DNA of 35,305 bases from an archaeon (GTDB lineage Archaea > Undinarchaeota > Undinarchaeia > Undinarchaeales > JALTGF01). The notes below the pieces were generated by a model. It did no database searches, had not been told where the DNA came from, and worked only from the letters and a program-made list of their open reading frames with translations. Position 1 is the stretch's first letter. Every line of letters starts with the position of its first letter. Below are positions 14,163-24,187 of the stretch, piece by piece. Where the stretch lies: positions 1 to 35,305 of the forward strand of contig JALTGF010000040.1 in assembly GCA_027077325.1 (NCBI GenBank), written 5' to 3'. The translations under genes and the position numbers were made by a program.

Positions 14163-15146
14163 ATGGCCAGAAAACACAAACCACATTCGGGATCATTAGC
14201 ATTCAGCCCAAGAAAAAGGGCTAAAAGAATTTATCCTAAAGTGAGGTCTTGGCCAGAATTAAATGAAACCAAGGTTTTGGGTTTTGCCGGTTATAAAGCG
14301 GGCATGACTCATATGTTTGTTCTTGATTCTTCAAAAGATACCTCAACCTCTGGCAAAGAAGTTTTTACTCCTGTAACCGTTATTGAGTGCCCACCTGTTG
14401 TCCCTTTTTCTGTTCGCGTTTATAAAAATACCCCCAATGGTCTTAAAGCCACTGGGGAAATCCTTGCTTCTTCTCTCTCAAAAGATTCAACAAAATCTCT
14501 TTCAAGAAAAATAAGAGCCCCAAAAAAACCTCCTTCTGAGAAAAAACTTGAAGGTGATGAAGTTACACTTGTGGTTCACACCAAACCAGAAACTGCAGTT
14601 TCAAAGAAGAAACCAGAAGTTATGGAACTCCCAATTTCAGGAAGCTCCTTTGAGGAAAAATTAAACTATGCAAAAGGGCTTCTTGGAAAAGAGCTCAGGA
14701 TCTCAGACATATTTAATGATGGCGATTATGTGGATGTAATTGCCGTAACAAAAGGCAAGGGCACTCAGGGGCCAGTTAAGAGATTTGGCATAAAAATACA
14801 GAAGAGAAAATTCTCAAGGACTGGAAAAGCAAGGCATGTTGGCTCCCTTGGTGACCGGCTTTCAGAAACACGATGGACTGTCCCTATGGCAGGCCAAATG
14901 GGGTTCCACACAAGAACAGAGTTTAACAAGTGGCTCATAAAAATTGGTAATGATGGAAAAGAGATAACTCCTAAAGGCGGTTTTGTAAATTATGGGGAAG
15001 TTAAAAATGATTATGTTGTTTTAAAGGGCTCTGTGCCAGGACCTTCCAAGCGATTAATAAGGTTAAGGCATGCAATTAGGCCGCATCCTCCGGCTGCAAA
15101 GCCAGAAATTGTTTATGTTAGCTTAACTTCAAAGCAAGGTAAATGA
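14163..15146 (+). CDS. rpl3: 50S ribosomal protein uL3
   Basis: KHKPHSGSLAFSPRKRA and GYKAGMTHM are present, and it holds the first position of the conserved cluster. Confidence 0.95.
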   Translation: MARKHKPHSGSLAFSPRKRAKRIYPKVRSWPELNETKVLGFAGYKAGMTHMFVLDSSKDTSTSGKEVFTPVTVIECPPVVPFSVRVYKNTPNGLKATGEILASSLSKDSTKSLSRKIRAPKKPPSEKKLEGDEVTLVVHTKPETAVSKKKPEVMELPISGSSFEEKLNYAKGLLGKELRISDIFNDGDYVDVIAVTKGKGTQGPVKRFGIKIQKRKFSRTGKARHVGSLGDRLSETRWTVPMAGQMGFHTRTEFNKWLIKIGNDGKEITPKGGFVNYGEVKNDYVVLKGSVPGPSKRLIRLRHAIRPHPPAAKPEIVYVSLTSKQGK

Positions 15147-15985
15147 TGAAAGCAAAAATTTATTCGGAAACTGGAAAGAAATCAGGAGAGCTTGAACTCC
15201 CCGAAATATTTAGTGAAGAGTTTAGGCCAGACATAATTAAGAAGGCTTATTATGTAGAGCTAAGCAGAAGTTTTCAGCCCAAGGGTGCATTTGAGCTTGC
15301 AGGACAGCAAACAAGTGCTGCAGGAATGGGACCTGGAGCTGGGCGTTCTAGAATCCCAAGAGTCAAGTCAGGACCTCATAGGGGAGGGCACGCTATCCAA
15401 GGGCACAAGTACAGAAGCAAAGGCCGTGGTTTTTCTGCTGCTGGTAGGGGTGCAATCATGCCTGGAACCGTTGGGGGAAGGCAAGCACATCCACCAAAGC
15501 CAGAAGAAGTTCTAATTGAGAAAATAAACAAGAAAGAACTAAGAAAGGCATACCGGTCTGCAATTGCAGCAACTTCAAACAAAGAAGTTGTGATAGCACG
15601 TGGGCATAAGATTGACCAGATTGAAAGTGTTCCAATTATTGTTAGTGACAATGTCTTAAAGATAAGCAAGACCTCTGAATTTGAAAAACTCCTTATATCT
15701 CTTGGCTTGAAAGATGAGCTCCAAAGAAGTGCAAACAAAAAAATTAGGGCAGGAAAAGGGAAAAGAAGAGGCAGAAAGTATAAAAAACCAAAAGGTATAC
15801 TCATTATTCTCCCTGAAAAGAGCTCAGAGTCGTTTAAGAAAGCCGCAAGAAATATCCCTGGTGTTGATGTTTCAAGTGCAAAAACTGTTTCAATATCGAT
15901 GCTTGCTCCTGGAGCAAATCCTGGCAGGTTGGTCATACTCACAAAATCTGCTATTGATGAGCTTGAAAAGAGGTTTGAAAAATGA
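15143..15985 (+). CDS. rpl4: 50S ribosomal protein uL4
   Basis: Position after uL3 with an ATGA overlap. The glycine-rich loop [18 protein letters not shown] is typical of archaeal L4. Confidence 0.93.
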   Translation: MMKAKIYSETGKKSGELELPEIFSEEFRPDIIKKAYYVELSRSFQPKGAFELAGQQTSAAGMGPGAGRSRIPRVKSGPHRGGHAIQGHKYRSKGRGFSAAGRGAIMPGTVGGRQAHPPKPEEVLIEKINKKELRKAYRSAIAATSNKEVVIARGHKIDQIESVPIIVSDNVLKISKTSEFEKLLISLGLKDELQRSANKKIRAGKGKRRGRKYKKPKGILIILPEKSSESFKKAARNIPGVDVSSAKTVSISMLAPGANPGRLVILTKSAIDELEKRFEK

Positions 15986-16242
15986 ACCCAAATGATGTGA
16001 TACTGTATCCGTTAATGACTGAAAAAAGTCTTGACAAGACAGACAAGGAAAATCGATTAACTTTCATAGTTGACAGGCGGTCAGGAAAACAGCAAATAAA
16101 AGAGGCCGTAGAGTCACTATACAATGTTAAGGTTGTGAAAGTAAACACACAAATTACAATGGAAGGCAAGAAAAAAGCATTTGTGAAGCTAGCTCCTGAG
16201 TATTCAGCAGAAGATATTGCAGGAAGGATGGGTGTACTTTAA
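15982..16242 (+). CDS. rpl23: 50S ribosomal protein uL23
   Basis: [10 protein letters not shown]...NRLTFIVD...KKAFVKL, and the conserved position. Confidence 0.93.
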   Translation: MNPNDVILYPLMTEKSLDKTDKENRLTFIVDRRSGKQQIKEAVESLYNVKVVKVNTQITMEGKKKAFVKLAPEYSAEDIAGRMGVL

Positions 16243-16961
16243 TGGGAAAAGTAATAAGAGCACAAAAACTTGGAAAAAGCAGAAGAAGGCAAGCAAATAG
16301 CCATAAGTTTAAGGGAGCTGCTGCTCATCATCCTCTAAAACTTTCAAATGAAAAACTTGTAAAAGGAAAAGTTGTTGACATCATCCATGATCCAGTAAGA
16401 AATGCACCTCTTGCAAAAGTTGTTTATGACAACAAGATAAAGGTGAATATGATTGCACCAATAAAACTTCAGGTTGGTCAAGAAGTTGCTTATGGTACCG
16501 AAGCTCAGCCACACGTTGGGAACTCACTGTATCTTAAAAATATCCCTGAAGGAACAATGGTCTATAATATTGAGGCAACGCCAGGAGATGGTGGAAAATT
16601 TGCAAGGTCTGCTGGCAATTTTGGAAAGGTGATAACTCATGATGAATCAGGAACTGTGGTTCAGCTCCCCTCTGGGGCTTTCAAAACACTAAATTCCAAC
16701 TGCAGGGCAAATATAGGGATTGTTGCAGGTGGAGGGTTTGCAGAAAAGCCATTAATGAAAGCCGGAAGAAGATGGCATAAAACAAGAGCAAAAGGAAAAC
16801 TTTATCCAATTGTTAGGGGTGTAGCAATGAACTCAAGAAACCACCCATTCGGTGGTGGTGGGCATCCGCACACAGGTAAAGGCAAAACTGTTTCAAGGCA
16901 TGCACCACCTGGAAGAAAAGTAGGTTCAATCTCTGCTAAGAAATCAGGAAGAGGGCGATAA
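16242..16961 (+). CDS. rpl2: 50S ribosomal protein uL2
   Basis: VRGVAMNSRNHPFGGGGHPH and GRKVG are present, and the position is conserved. Confidence 0.96.
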   Translation: MGKVIRAQKLGKSRRRQANSHKFKGAAAHHPLKLSNEKLVKGKVVDIIHDPVRNAPLAKVVYDNKIKVNMIAPIKLQVGQEVAYGTEAQPHVGNSLYLKNIPEGTMVYNIEATPGDGGKFARSAGNFGKVITHDESGTVVQLPSGAFKTLNSNCRANIGIVAGGGFAEKPLMKAGRRWHKTRAKGKLYPIVRGVAMNSRNHPFGGGGHPHTGKGKTVSRHAPPGRKVGSISAKKSGRGR

Positions 16962-16962
16962 T

Positions 16963-17346
16963 ATGGCAAAAAAAATTACATTTAAGGGATTTGAAGAGGA
17001 ACAACTGAAAAATATGAACTTAGAAGAGTTCTCTAATCTAGTTAATGCAAGGGCTAGGCGCTCTTTAAAGCGCGGATTCCCAACAAGCCACAAAAAATTG
17101 CTTGAGCGTGTTAGAAAGTCTAAAGACAAGGAGATTAGAACTCATTGCAGAGATATGATTATCCTTCCTGAATTCCTTGGAAGGACATTTTTGGTTCATA
17201 ATGGAAAGGAATATGTCCGGGTTAGCATAACCACAGAAATGCTTGGTCACTATCTTGGGGAATTTGCATTGTCAAGAAAGAGAGTTCAGCACTCTTCACC
17301 AGGAATGGGTGCTACCAGGGCAAGTAAATATGTTTCATTGAAGTAA
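16963..17346 (+). CDS. rps19: 30S ribosomal protein uS19
   Basis: VHNGKEYVRVSIT.EMLGHYLGEFA.SRK..QH is present. Confidence 0.95.
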   Translation: MAKKITFKGFEEEQLKNMNLEEFSNLVNARARRSLKRGFPTSHKKLLERVRKSKDKEIRTHCRDMIILPEFLGRTFLVHNGKEYVRVSITTEMLGHYLGEFALSRKRVQHSSPGMGATRASKYVSLK

Positions 17347-17347
17347 G

Positions 17348-17824
17348 ATGGCTAAACTAAAATACTCTTATCAGGGAAAGAAAGAAAATACCGTGAGGAC
17401 TCTAGGAAAAGGAATTAATATCTCCTTTAAGGAAGCATATGAAGTTGCAAATGCTATTCGTGGGTTGAATATAAAAAAGGCGGAGGCCTTGCTTCAAGAT
17501 GTCCTTGCTAAAAAGCGGGCAATTCCTTATAAGAGGTATAACCGCGGAATTGGGCATAAGGGCAATGTTGGACCTGGGAGATACCCTCTAAGTTCCAGTT
17601 CAGCATTCTTGGAGTTGCTTGACGAACTAAAGGCGAACGCAGAGTATAAGGGAATGAACAAGGATAATCTGTTGCTTATACATGTTGCAACGCATAATGG
17701 AGGCGTGTCCAGTGGATACTACAAGGGGATGCCACACAATACTCCTATAACACACATCGAACTTGTCGCTAAAGAAACAAAGGTAGGTGAAAATAATGGC
17801 AGTAGAAAGAAAATTCATAAATGA
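17348..17824 (+). CDS. rpl22: 50S ribosomal protein uL22
   Basis: Position between uS19 and uS3. ISFKEAYEVANAIRG and IPYKRYNRG.GH are present. Confidence 0.92.
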   Translation: MAKLKYSYQGKKENTVRTLGKGINISFKEAYEVANAIRGLNIKKAEALLQDVLAKKRAIPYKRYNRGIGHKGNVGPGRYPLSSSSAFLELLDELKANAEYKGMNKDNLLLIHVATHNGGVSSGYYKGMPHNTPITHIELVAKETKVGENNGSRKKIHK

Positions 17825-18575
17825 AGCAGTAAAGAAAGCAAAAGTAGATTCATACTTACATGAAGAATTAAAGCGAGTTGGTTGTGGATACATAGATATA
17901 AAGCGAACTCCTCTCGGTACAAGGATTGTAATCTATGCAAAGAAACCAGGGCTTGTAATTGGGAGAAAAGGCAAAAATATTCAGACCATTACTGAAACTC
18001 TAAAAAATGAGTTTAAGATTGATAATCCTCAACTTGAAGTAAAGGAAGTTCCAGTTCCTCAACTTGATCCAGAAATAATGGCAAAACAACTTGCTGCCAC
18101 ATTGGAGTCAGGAACACACTTTAGAAGGGCTTCTCATCAAATGATAAAAGAAATAATGAATGCTGGGGCTCTTGGAGTCCAAATAGAAATCTCTGGGAAG
18201 ATTAGCGGTGCAAGGGCCAGGGTTGAAAAGTTTAAGCAGGGATACATAAAGCACTGTGGAGAAACTGCCGACAGGTTTGTAAAGGAAGCAGTTGCTCAGG
18301 CCTACCTAAAGCCAGGTGTTTTAGGCGTTAAGGTTAAGATTGTTCCTCCTCTTGAAGGCGGTACAATCCACGAGTTGGCATTTGGAAAACCCAATGTGCC
18401 AGTCAGTGAAGACAAGCCAAAGGATCAAGAAGCAGCCAAAGCAGAAGAACAACCTAAAAAAGAAGAAGGAAAAACTAATAAAAAAGCTAAATCACATTCA
18501 AATTCAAAAAAATCAAAGAGCAAGCCTGCAAAAAATAAAAAAGAATCAAAAAAGCTCTCAACAGGTAAACAATAA
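17796..18575 (+). CDS. rps3: 30S ribosomal protein uS3 with a Lys-rich C-terminal tail
   Basis: The KH domain VIGRKGKNIQ is present. The start is placed at the ATG 5 nt after AGGTGA (17785-17790) rather than the ORF-track GTG at 17787. Confidence 0.93.
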   Translation: MAVERKFINEAVKKAKVDSYLHEELKRVGCGYIDIKRTPLGTRIVIYAKKPGLVIGRKGKNIQTITETLKNEFKIDNPQLEVKEVPVPQLDPEIMAKQLAATLESGTHFRRASHQMIKEIMNAGALGVQIEISGKISGARARVEKFKQGYIKHCGETADRFVKEAVAQAYLKPGVLGVKVKIVPPLEGGTIHELAFGKPNVPVSEDKPKDQEAAKAEEQPKKEEGKTNKKAKSHSNSKKSKSKPAKNKKESKKLSTGKQ

Positions 18576-18787
18576 TGGCAATAATAAGAAGAAAAGAGCT
18601 TCATACAATACCAGAATCTGAGTTAAAAGAAAAGCTAAAAGAGCTACAGCAAGAGCTCATGAGCCAAAGGGCTAAAATGGCGTCCGGTGGGCTTCCAGAC
18701 AATCCCGGAAAAATCCGCGAGATAAAAAGAACAATTGCGAGATTAAAAACTATTGCAGGTATGAGAGGATACAAAATAGATGAGTGA
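18575..18787 (+). CDS. rpl29: 50S ribosomal protein uL29
   Basis: LKEKLKELQQELMSQRAK..SGG is present, and the position is conserved. Confidence 0.92.
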   Translation: MAIIRRKELHTIPESELKEKLKELQQELMSQRAKMASGGLPDNPGKIREIKRTIARLKTIAGMRGYKIDE

Positions 18788-19070
18788 AATCTGTCCTATA
18801 TGTGGTCTGCCAAAAGAACTTTGTACCTGTGAAGAGCGAGAAAGAGAAGAGCAAAAAGTAAGGGTCTATACTGAAAAAAGGAAATACGGGAAACTGGTGA
18901 CCTTGGTTGAAGGCATACCTGCATCATCCGCTGGCAAGGTTGCATCCGAACTAAAGAAAAAATGTGCAACTGGTGGAACAGCAAAAGAAGGGCGGATTGA
19001 ACTGCAAGGGGACCAGAAAAAGAAGGTGGTTGAACACCTAAAATCAATGGGATACTCTGTGAGTGAATAA
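18780..19070 (+). CDS. Translation initiation factor aSUI1 (eIF1 family)
   Basis: There is an N-terminal CPICG..CTC zinc knuckle and a SUI1 core RKYGKLVTLVEG......LKKKCATGGT.K...IELQGD. Confidence 0.88.
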   Translation: MSEICPICGLPKELCTCEEREREEQKVRVYTEKRKYGKLVTLVEGIPASSAGKVASELKKKCATGGTAKEGRIELQGDQKKKVVEHLKSMGYSVSE

Positions 19071-19073
19071 CTC

Positions 19074-19349
19074 ATGATCACTCCTAAAAATATAATAAAA
19101 CACGAGCTGATTGGTCTCAAAGTACAAGTGATCAAAAGTAGTGATCCAACAAAAATTGGGATGGAAGGGACTGTGGTTGATGAAACCATGAATATGTTGC
19201 TCGTGAATACAAGCAAGGGGATAAAAAAACTGTCAAAGGCCGGAAATACTTTCCGCTTCTGGATTAAAGGAAAAAAAGTGGAAATCCTTGGAGATGTGCT
19301 GGTTGGCAGGCCTGAAGAGCGAATCAAAAAAAAGTTGAACAAATGGTGA
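19074..19349 (+). CDS. rnp1: RNase P protein component 1 (Rpp29/Pop4)
   Basis: ELIGLKVQVI.S.D....G.EGTVVDETMNML...T......L.K....F.F is present, and the position between L29/SUI1 and S17 is conserved. Confidence 0.88.
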   Translation: MITPKNIIKHELIGLKVQVIKSSDPTKIGMEGTVVDETMNMLLVNTSKGIKKLSKAGNTFRFWIKGKKVEILGDVLVGRPEERIKKKLNKW

Positions 19350-19642
19350 AAAATATGGAAGAATGCAAAGATAAAAATTGCCCAATACACGGAGACCTCC
19401 CGGTTAGGGGAAGAAAGTTTAAGGCAGTTGTAGTTAGCGACAAAATGAAGAAGAGCGCTGTAGTTGAGAGGCCATTCGTTAAAAAAATTAAAAAGTACGA
19501 AAGATATGAGAAAAGAAAAACAAGAATCCTTGCTCATAATCCTGAGTGCATAAATGCAAAAAAAGGCGATGAGGTCTGGGTTCAGGAGTGCAGGCCGTTA
19601 AGCAAGACAATTAGCTTTACGATTATTGGAAAGGTAGAATAA
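19343..19642 (+). CDS. rps17: 30S ribosomal protein uS17
   Basis: [29 protein letters not shown] is present. Confidence 0.93.
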   Translation: MVKNMEECKDKNCPIHGDLPVRGRKFKAVVVSDKMKKSAVVERPFVKKIKKYERYEKRKTRILAHNPECINAKKGDEVWVQECRPLSKTISFTIIGKVE

Positions 19643-19643
19643 A

Positions 19644-20072
19644 ATGGGAAAAGTTAGAAAGAAATTAAAGGTACACATAAAAACAAAGAATGACATTACA
19701 CGAACTTTGTCAGTGGGAGCCAGGCTAAAATGCGCTGACAATACTGGTGCAAGAACTCTTCAAATCCTAGCAGTTAAGGGTTTCAAGGGCACAAAGCGCC
19801 GTTCTCTGTCAGCAGGGATTGGTGACATGGTAATTTGTTCAGTAACTGAGGGATCTCCTGACATAAAGAAGACGGTTGTTCCTGCTGTTGTAATTAGACA
19901 GAGAAAGGAATACAGGCGCCCTACTGGAGAGCGGATAAAGTTTTCAGACAATGCAGCAGTTGTGATGACGCCAGAAGGTAGCTTAAAAGGGACAGAAATT
20001 AGGGGGCCCGTTGCAAGGGAAGCAGCACAGAGATGGAGTTCGGTTTCATCTGCTGCTAAAATAGTGATTTAA
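19644..20072 (+). CDS. rpl14: 50S ribosomal protein uL14
   Basis: [10 protein letters not shown] and GDMVICSV are present. Confidence 0.95.
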   Translation: MGKVRKKLKVHIKTKNDITRTLSVGARLKCADNTGARTLQILAVKGFKGTKRRSLSAGIGDMVICSVTEGSPDIKKTVVPAVVIRQRKEYRRPTGERIKFSDNAAVVMTPEGSLKGTEIRGPVAREAAQRWSSVSSAAKIVI

Positions 20073-20549
20073 ATGAAAAAATGGGTAACTAGTTGGAAAA
20101 AATCGGTCCAACCGAGGAAGCAAAGAAAATATAGAGCGAATGCTCCCATTCATGCTAAGAGAAAGTTTGTTTCTGTTCACTTGGATAAAAAACTAAGGGG
20201 GGAGTACTCAACAAGGTCAATTTATGTAAGAAAAGGTGACACCGTAAAGGTGCTTCGGGGAAGCAAAAAAGGATTACAAGGAAAAGTTGCAGATGTTGAC
20301 CTAAACTCCTCGAGAGTGTACATCGAGGGCCAGACAAGAGAAGCAGTTGGTGGAAAAAAGATCTTAATTCCATTCAACCCATCAAATTTAATGATTACTG
20401 AACTGAAGCTTGATGACAAAAAACGTGAATCATTGTTGTCAAGAAAATCTGGAAAAACTATTAAACCTTTAAAGGAAAAGAAGGAGAAGGAGGAAAAGAA
20501 TGCATCTAAAAAGACTGAAAACACCAAGCAGCTGGAACATAAGGCGTAA
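20073..20549 (+). CDS. rpl24: 50S ribosomal protein uL24 with a Lys/Glu-rich C-terminal extension
   Basis: The KOW motif is KGDTVKVLRGSKKGLQGKV. The tail overlaps the eS4 start by 50 nt. Confidence 0.9.
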   Translation: MKKWVTSWKKSVQPRKQRKYRANAPIHAKRKFVSVHLDKKLRGEYSTRSIYVRKGDTVKVLRGSKKGLQGKVADVDLNSSRVYIEGQTREAVGGKKILIPFNPSNLMITELKLDDKKRESLLSRKSGKTIKPLKEKKEKEEKNASKKTENTKQLEHKA

Positions 20550-21159
20550 AGAGAAAAAATTTACAACAGTTCCGCAGCCAAGAGGAAAGACTGAGAATGT
20601 ACTCACTTTAAATGTCTTGCTAAGGGATGTACTAAAAATTGCAAAGAACACAAAAGAAGTAAAATTTATCTTAAATTCCAGAAAGGTGCTTGTAAATGGC
20701 AAAGCAAGAACATCCGTGCGTTTTCCTGTTAATGTATTTGATGTTGTTGAAATTCCAGATCTAAAGAAAACATATCAAATCGTGTTTAATGAATATGGAA
20801 AAATATCTGCTCAAGAGATTAAAAACAAGGGATTTAGATTGGCAAGGATTGAAAATAAGACCGCAGTAAAAGGAGGAAAAATCCAATTAAACCTATTTGA
20901 TGGGTCAAATATAATTGCAGATAAGCAAACCTATAAAATTGGGGATGTCCTCATGCTAAGCCTAAAAGATAATTCAGTAAAAGGAACGTTGGGGCTTAAA
21001 AAGGGTGCAAAAGTTCTTATATTAAAAGGAGCACACAGAGGAAAAAGAGCAGAAATTGAAAACATTATAGATAACATCAAGCCAAAGGAGGTAGAGCTAA
21101 AGTCAGGTGAGGCCAAGATACGGACGCGACTTGACAATGTTTATGTGGTTGAAAAATGA
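20500..21159 (+). CDS. rps4e: 30S ribosomal protein eS4
   Basis: The N-terminus is HLKRLKTPSSW. GGAGG lies 6 nt upstream of the ATG. Confidence 0.92.
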   Translation: MHLKRLKTPSSWNIRRKEKKFTTVPQPRGKTENVLTLNVLLRDVLKIAKNTKEVKFILNSRKVLVNGKARTSVRFPVNVFDVVEIPDLKKTYQIVFNEYGKISAQEIKNKGFRLARIENKTAVKGGKIQLNLFDGSNIIADKQTYKIGDVLMLSLKDNSVKGTLGLKKGAKVLILKGAHRGKRAEIENIIDNIKPKEVELKSGEAKIRTRLDNVYVVEK

Positions 21160-21662
21160 GCAACATAAAAGACATTAAGATCGCAAAAATTACCATAAAT
21201 ATGGGCATAGGCGGAAACAATGAAAAGCTTCAAAGAGCTGAGAAACTGCTTGAAATGCTAACTCAGCAAAAGCCAGTCAGGACTTATGCAAAGGCAACAA
21301 TCTCTGAGTTTGATGTAAAAAAGCATGCCCCAATTGGCGTAAAAGTAACAATTCGAGGAAAAAAGGCAGAAGAGTTCCTAAAAAATGCGTTTGAGGCAGT
21401 TGAAAATGTTATGAACTCCCGGCAAATTGACAAAGGGGGAAATTTCTCCTTTGGTGTAAAGGAGTATATAGAAATGCCAGGGATGAAATATGACCCTGAC
21501 ATTGGAATGTTTGGATTTGATGTTTGTGTTGAAATGGAAAGAACTGGATTTAGAATAAAAAGAAGGAGAAATCAAAGAAAAAAACTTCCTTCAAAAGTCA
21601 AGATAACTCCTGAAGAGGTTAAAAAGTATCTAACAGAAAACTATGGGGTGACTATTAAATAA
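21156..21662 (+). CDS. rpl5: 50S ribosomal protein uL5
   Basis: KITINMGIG and GNFSFGVKE.IE.PG are present. Confidence 0.94.
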   Translation: MSNIKDIKIAKITINMGIGGNNEKLQRAEKLLEMLTQQKPVRTYAKATISEFDVKKHAPIGVKVTIRGKKAEEFLKNAFEAVENVMNSRQIDKGGNFSFGVKEYIEMPGMKYDPDIGMFGFDVCVEMERTGFRIKRRRNQRKKLPSKVKITPEEVKKYLTENYGVTIK

Positions 21663-21808
21663 TGGCAGTAAAAAAATATGGAAAGGCCACTAAAGCATGC
21701 AGAATATGCGGGACACACGACAGGCTAATTAAAAAATACGGCTTGTATGTGTGTGGGCGATGCTTTAGGGAAGTTGGCCCAAAACTGGGATTTAAAAAAT
21801 ATAATTGA
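21662..21808 (+). CDS. rps14: 30S ribosomal protein uS14 (zinc-binding type, 48 aa); absent from the supplied ORF track
   Basis: My translation is MAVKKYGKATKACRICGTHDRLIKKYGLYVCGRCFREVGPKLGFKKYN. It has CxxC...CxxC and holds the expected slot between uL5 and uS8. TAATG overlaps the uL5 stop. Confidence 0.88.
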   Translation: MAVKKYGKATKACRICGTHDRLIKKYGLYVCGRCFREVGPKLGFKKYN

Positions 21809-21817
21809 GGTAACAAA

Positions 21818-22201
21818 ATGGATATCCTTTCAAATGCAATGACAAATATAAGCAACAGCGAGTTTACTGGGAGGTCTGAATGCGTAATAAAGCCTGCTTC
21901 AAACTTAATTAAAAGCGTCTTGCAAGTAATGCAGGACAACGGGTATATTGCAAGCTTTGAGTATGTTGATGATGAAAAAGGCGGGAAGTTCAAAGTTAAA
22001 CTAATTGGGAAAATAAACAAGTGCAATGCAATCCGGCCAAGATTCCCTGTAAAAGTAAATGAGCTTGAAAAGTATGAAAAGCGATACCTGCCCTCAAAGG
22101 ACTTTGGTATCCTAATCCTAAGCACGCCTTATGGAGTGATGTCTCACAAGGATGCAAAAAAGAAAAACACAGGTGGTGTATTAGTATCTTACGTTTACTA
22201 A
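21818..22201 (+). CDS. rps8: 30S ribosomal protein uS8
   Basis: [11 protein letters not shown] and GGVLVSYVY are present. Confidence 0.94.
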   Translation: MDILSNAMTNISNSEFTGRSECVIKPASNLIKSVLQVMQDNGYIASFEYVDDEKGGKFKVKLIGKINKCNAIRPRFPVKVNELEKYEKRYLPSKDFGILILSTPYGVMSHKDAKKKNTGGVLVSYVY

Positions 22202-22202
22202 A

Positions 22203-22739
22203 ATGGCAAAAATCATCATAAAACCATCAGAGGTTATCATCCCGGAAGGAATACAATTATCCCTAGATGGGACTCTCGTCAAAGTTAAGGGGCCAAAAGG
22301 CGAGTTGATTCGTGATTTCAGGCATCCAAAAATATCAATAAAACTTGAAGGAAACAAGTTAACCTTTATTGGCTCTGAAGTGTCTAAAGAGGTTAAAGCA
22401 ATCCTAGGTACTTACAAGGCACATGTTGAAAATATGATAAAAGGTGTGACTGATGGGTTTACCTATGAAATGAAAATTGTATACTCACACTTCCCAATGA
22501 CTGTGAAGCAATCTGGAAACTTTATAGAAATCCATAACTTTCTGGGAGAAAAGGCTCCAAGGAAAGCAAGAATTGTTGGGGATTCAAAAATTAAGATTGA
22601 GAAAGATAAACTCACAATTGAAGGCATAAATAAAGAGGATGTTGCTCAAACAACTGCGAATATTGAATTGGCAACAAGGGTAAAGCATCGGGATATCCGG
22701 GTTTTCCAAGATGGAATTTATGTAACTAAAAAGGATTAA
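22203..22739 (+). CDS. rpl6: 50S ribosomal protein uL6
   Basis: The position is conserved and VKVKGPKGEL and Y.HFP are present. Confidence 0.93.
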   Translation: MAKIIIKPSEVIIPEGIQLSLDGTLVKVKGPKGELIRDFRHPKISIKLEGNKLTFIGSEVSKEVKAILGTYKAHVENMIKGVTDGFTYEMKIVYSHFPMTVKQSGNFIEIHNFLGEKAPRKARIVGDSKIKIEKDKLTIEGINKEDVAQTTANIELATRVKHRDIRVFQDGIYVTKKD

Positions 22740-22740
22740 A

Positions 22741-23127
22741 ATGAAGAAAGAAAACAAAACGATTACTATCAGAAAAGAGCTCATTAGGCGGCTCAAAAAG
22801 CGAAAGCCATCTTTCAAGAGGCAGAACTGGAACCAATACAAAAGAATTGTCCAAAGTTGGAGGGCTCCTCGAGGAATCCACAACAAATTGCAAAGAAGGT
22901 TTGGGGGCAAGCAAAACATGCCTTTAATTGGATATGGCACTCCAAAGATTATAAGGGGGCTTCATCCAAGTGGATTTGAAGAGTTATTAGTTAGCAATGC
23001 AAGTCATCTTTCTGAAATAGACAAAGAAACTCAGGCAATTAGGATTAGTTCAAAGGTTGGAAAGAAAAAAAGAACTGAGATCATTAACAAGGCAAACGAG
23101 CTTGGGATTAAGGTGTTAAACAAATGA
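22741..23127 (+). CDS. rpl32e: 50S ribosomal protein eL32
   Basis: FKRQNWNQYKR...SWRAPRGIHNK is present. Confidence 0.92.
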   Translation: MKKENKTITIRKELIRRLKKRKPSFKRQNWNQYKRIVQSWRAPRGIHNKLQRRFGGKQNMPLIGYGTPKIIRGLHPSGFEELLVSNASHLSEIDKETQAIRISSKVGKKKRTEIINKANELGIKVLNK

Positions 23128-23582
23128 CAAATATGACCTCAATAAAAAGAATGGCAGCAGAACTATTGAAGGTTGGAGAAACTAGAGTTTGGATAGATCC
23201 AGATGCAACCAGCGAAGTAATGTCCGCAATGACCCGTGGTGATATCAAAAAATACATTGGGCTTGGGTTTATTGGGGTGAAACCCAAAAAGGGGAATTCA
23301 AGAGGCAGATTTAGGAAGAATACGGAACAAAGAAAAAAAGGAAGGCGCCGTGGTTATGGAAACAGAAAGGGAAAGAAAACTGCAAGAGAAAATCCAAAAC
23401 AGGTTTGGATTAAAAAGATAAGGTCACAAAGGAAGCTTTTAAAGGAACTGAGAGATTCCAACAAAATTTCGAGCGAGCTTTATAGAAAAACATATAGAGT
23501 TGCAAAAGCAGGGACTTTTAAGAGCAAAGCCCAGTTAAAATCATACTTAATTGAAAAATCAAAACAAGAGGAATCTAAATGA
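23124..23582 (+). CDS. rpl19e: 50S ribosomal protein eL19
   Basis: LLKVGETRVWIDP and the basic central region are present. Confidence 0.92.
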   Translation: MTNMTSIKRMAAELLKVGETRVWIDPDATSEVMSAMTRGDIKKYIGLGFIGVKPKKGNSRGRFRKNTEQRKKGRRRGYGNRKGKKTARENPKQVWIKKIRSQRKLLKELRDSNKISSELYRKTYRVAKAGTFKSKAQLKSYLIEKSKQEESK

Positions 23583-24187
23583 GCAGAAAACTAAAACCAT
23601 CAAATTTCAGAAGGCACAGGGAAGGAAAAACAGATTACCGAAGGCGATTGAAATTGCTTAAGTCAAAAACGCCACGAGTAGTAATACGAAAAAGTTTGAG
23701 GCAGGTTACAATCCAAGCAGTTGAGTACTCCCCTAAAGGTGACTCAATTATACTAAGCGCAACCTCAAAAGAACTAAAGAACTTTGGATGGCCATATCAT
23801 AATTCAAACACTCCAACTGCATACTTAACTGGCTTTCTCTTTGGGATAAAATCCTTAAATAAGGGAATTAAGAATGCAATTCTTGATATTGGCGTAACTC
23901 GCCCAATTGCAGGGTCAAAAATTTATGCTGCGTTAAAAGGAATTATTGATGCTGGACTAAAAATCCCGTCTGATGAGAATATTATGCCGTCTGATGAAAG
24001 AATAAACGGGGCTCATATATCAAGCTATGCTGAGGAATTAAAGAAAAATAACCCAACCTTATTTAAGTCAAAATTCTCAAAATACCTAAGGAATAATGCA
24101 GACCCAACAAAAATACAAGACACTTTTAAATCTGTATTAAGTGCTATTAGTAATTCAAAAGTTTCTAAAAAAGGAGGAAATAAATGA
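23579..24187 (+). CDS. rpl18: 50S ribosomal protein uL18
   Basis: FRRHREGKTDYRRRLKLL is present. Confidence 0.93.
   Translation: MSRKLKPSNFRRHREGKTDYRRRLKLLKSKTPRVVIRKSLRQVTIQAVEYSPKGDSIILSATSKELKNFGWPYHNSNTPTAYLTGFLFGIKSLNKGIKNAILDIGVTRPIAGSKIYAALKGIIDAGLKIPSDENIMPSDERINGAHISSYAEELKKNNPTLFKSKFSKYLRNNADPTKIQDTFKSVLSAISNSKVSKKGGNK

Noticed and set aside
15376-15942. 188-aa minus-strand ORF inside the uL4 gene.
   Set aside because: It is antisense to a confidently identified ribosomal protein gene and has no recognisable motif.
18340-18621. 93-aa Lys-rich ORF in an alternative plus frame at the uS3/uL29 junction.
   Set aside because: It is an alternative reading of the purine-rich uS3 tail region. 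uS3 and uL29 already account for the sequence.
18866-19537. 223-aa minus-strand ORF spanning aSUI1, Rpp29 and uS17.
   Set aside because: It is antisense to three conserved genes. Its Phe/Ser/Leu-rich composition is typical of the reverse strand of Lys/Glu-rich coding sequence.
21655-22125. 156-aa minus-strand ORF over uS14 and uS8.
   Set aside because: It is antisense to conserved ribosomal protein genes.
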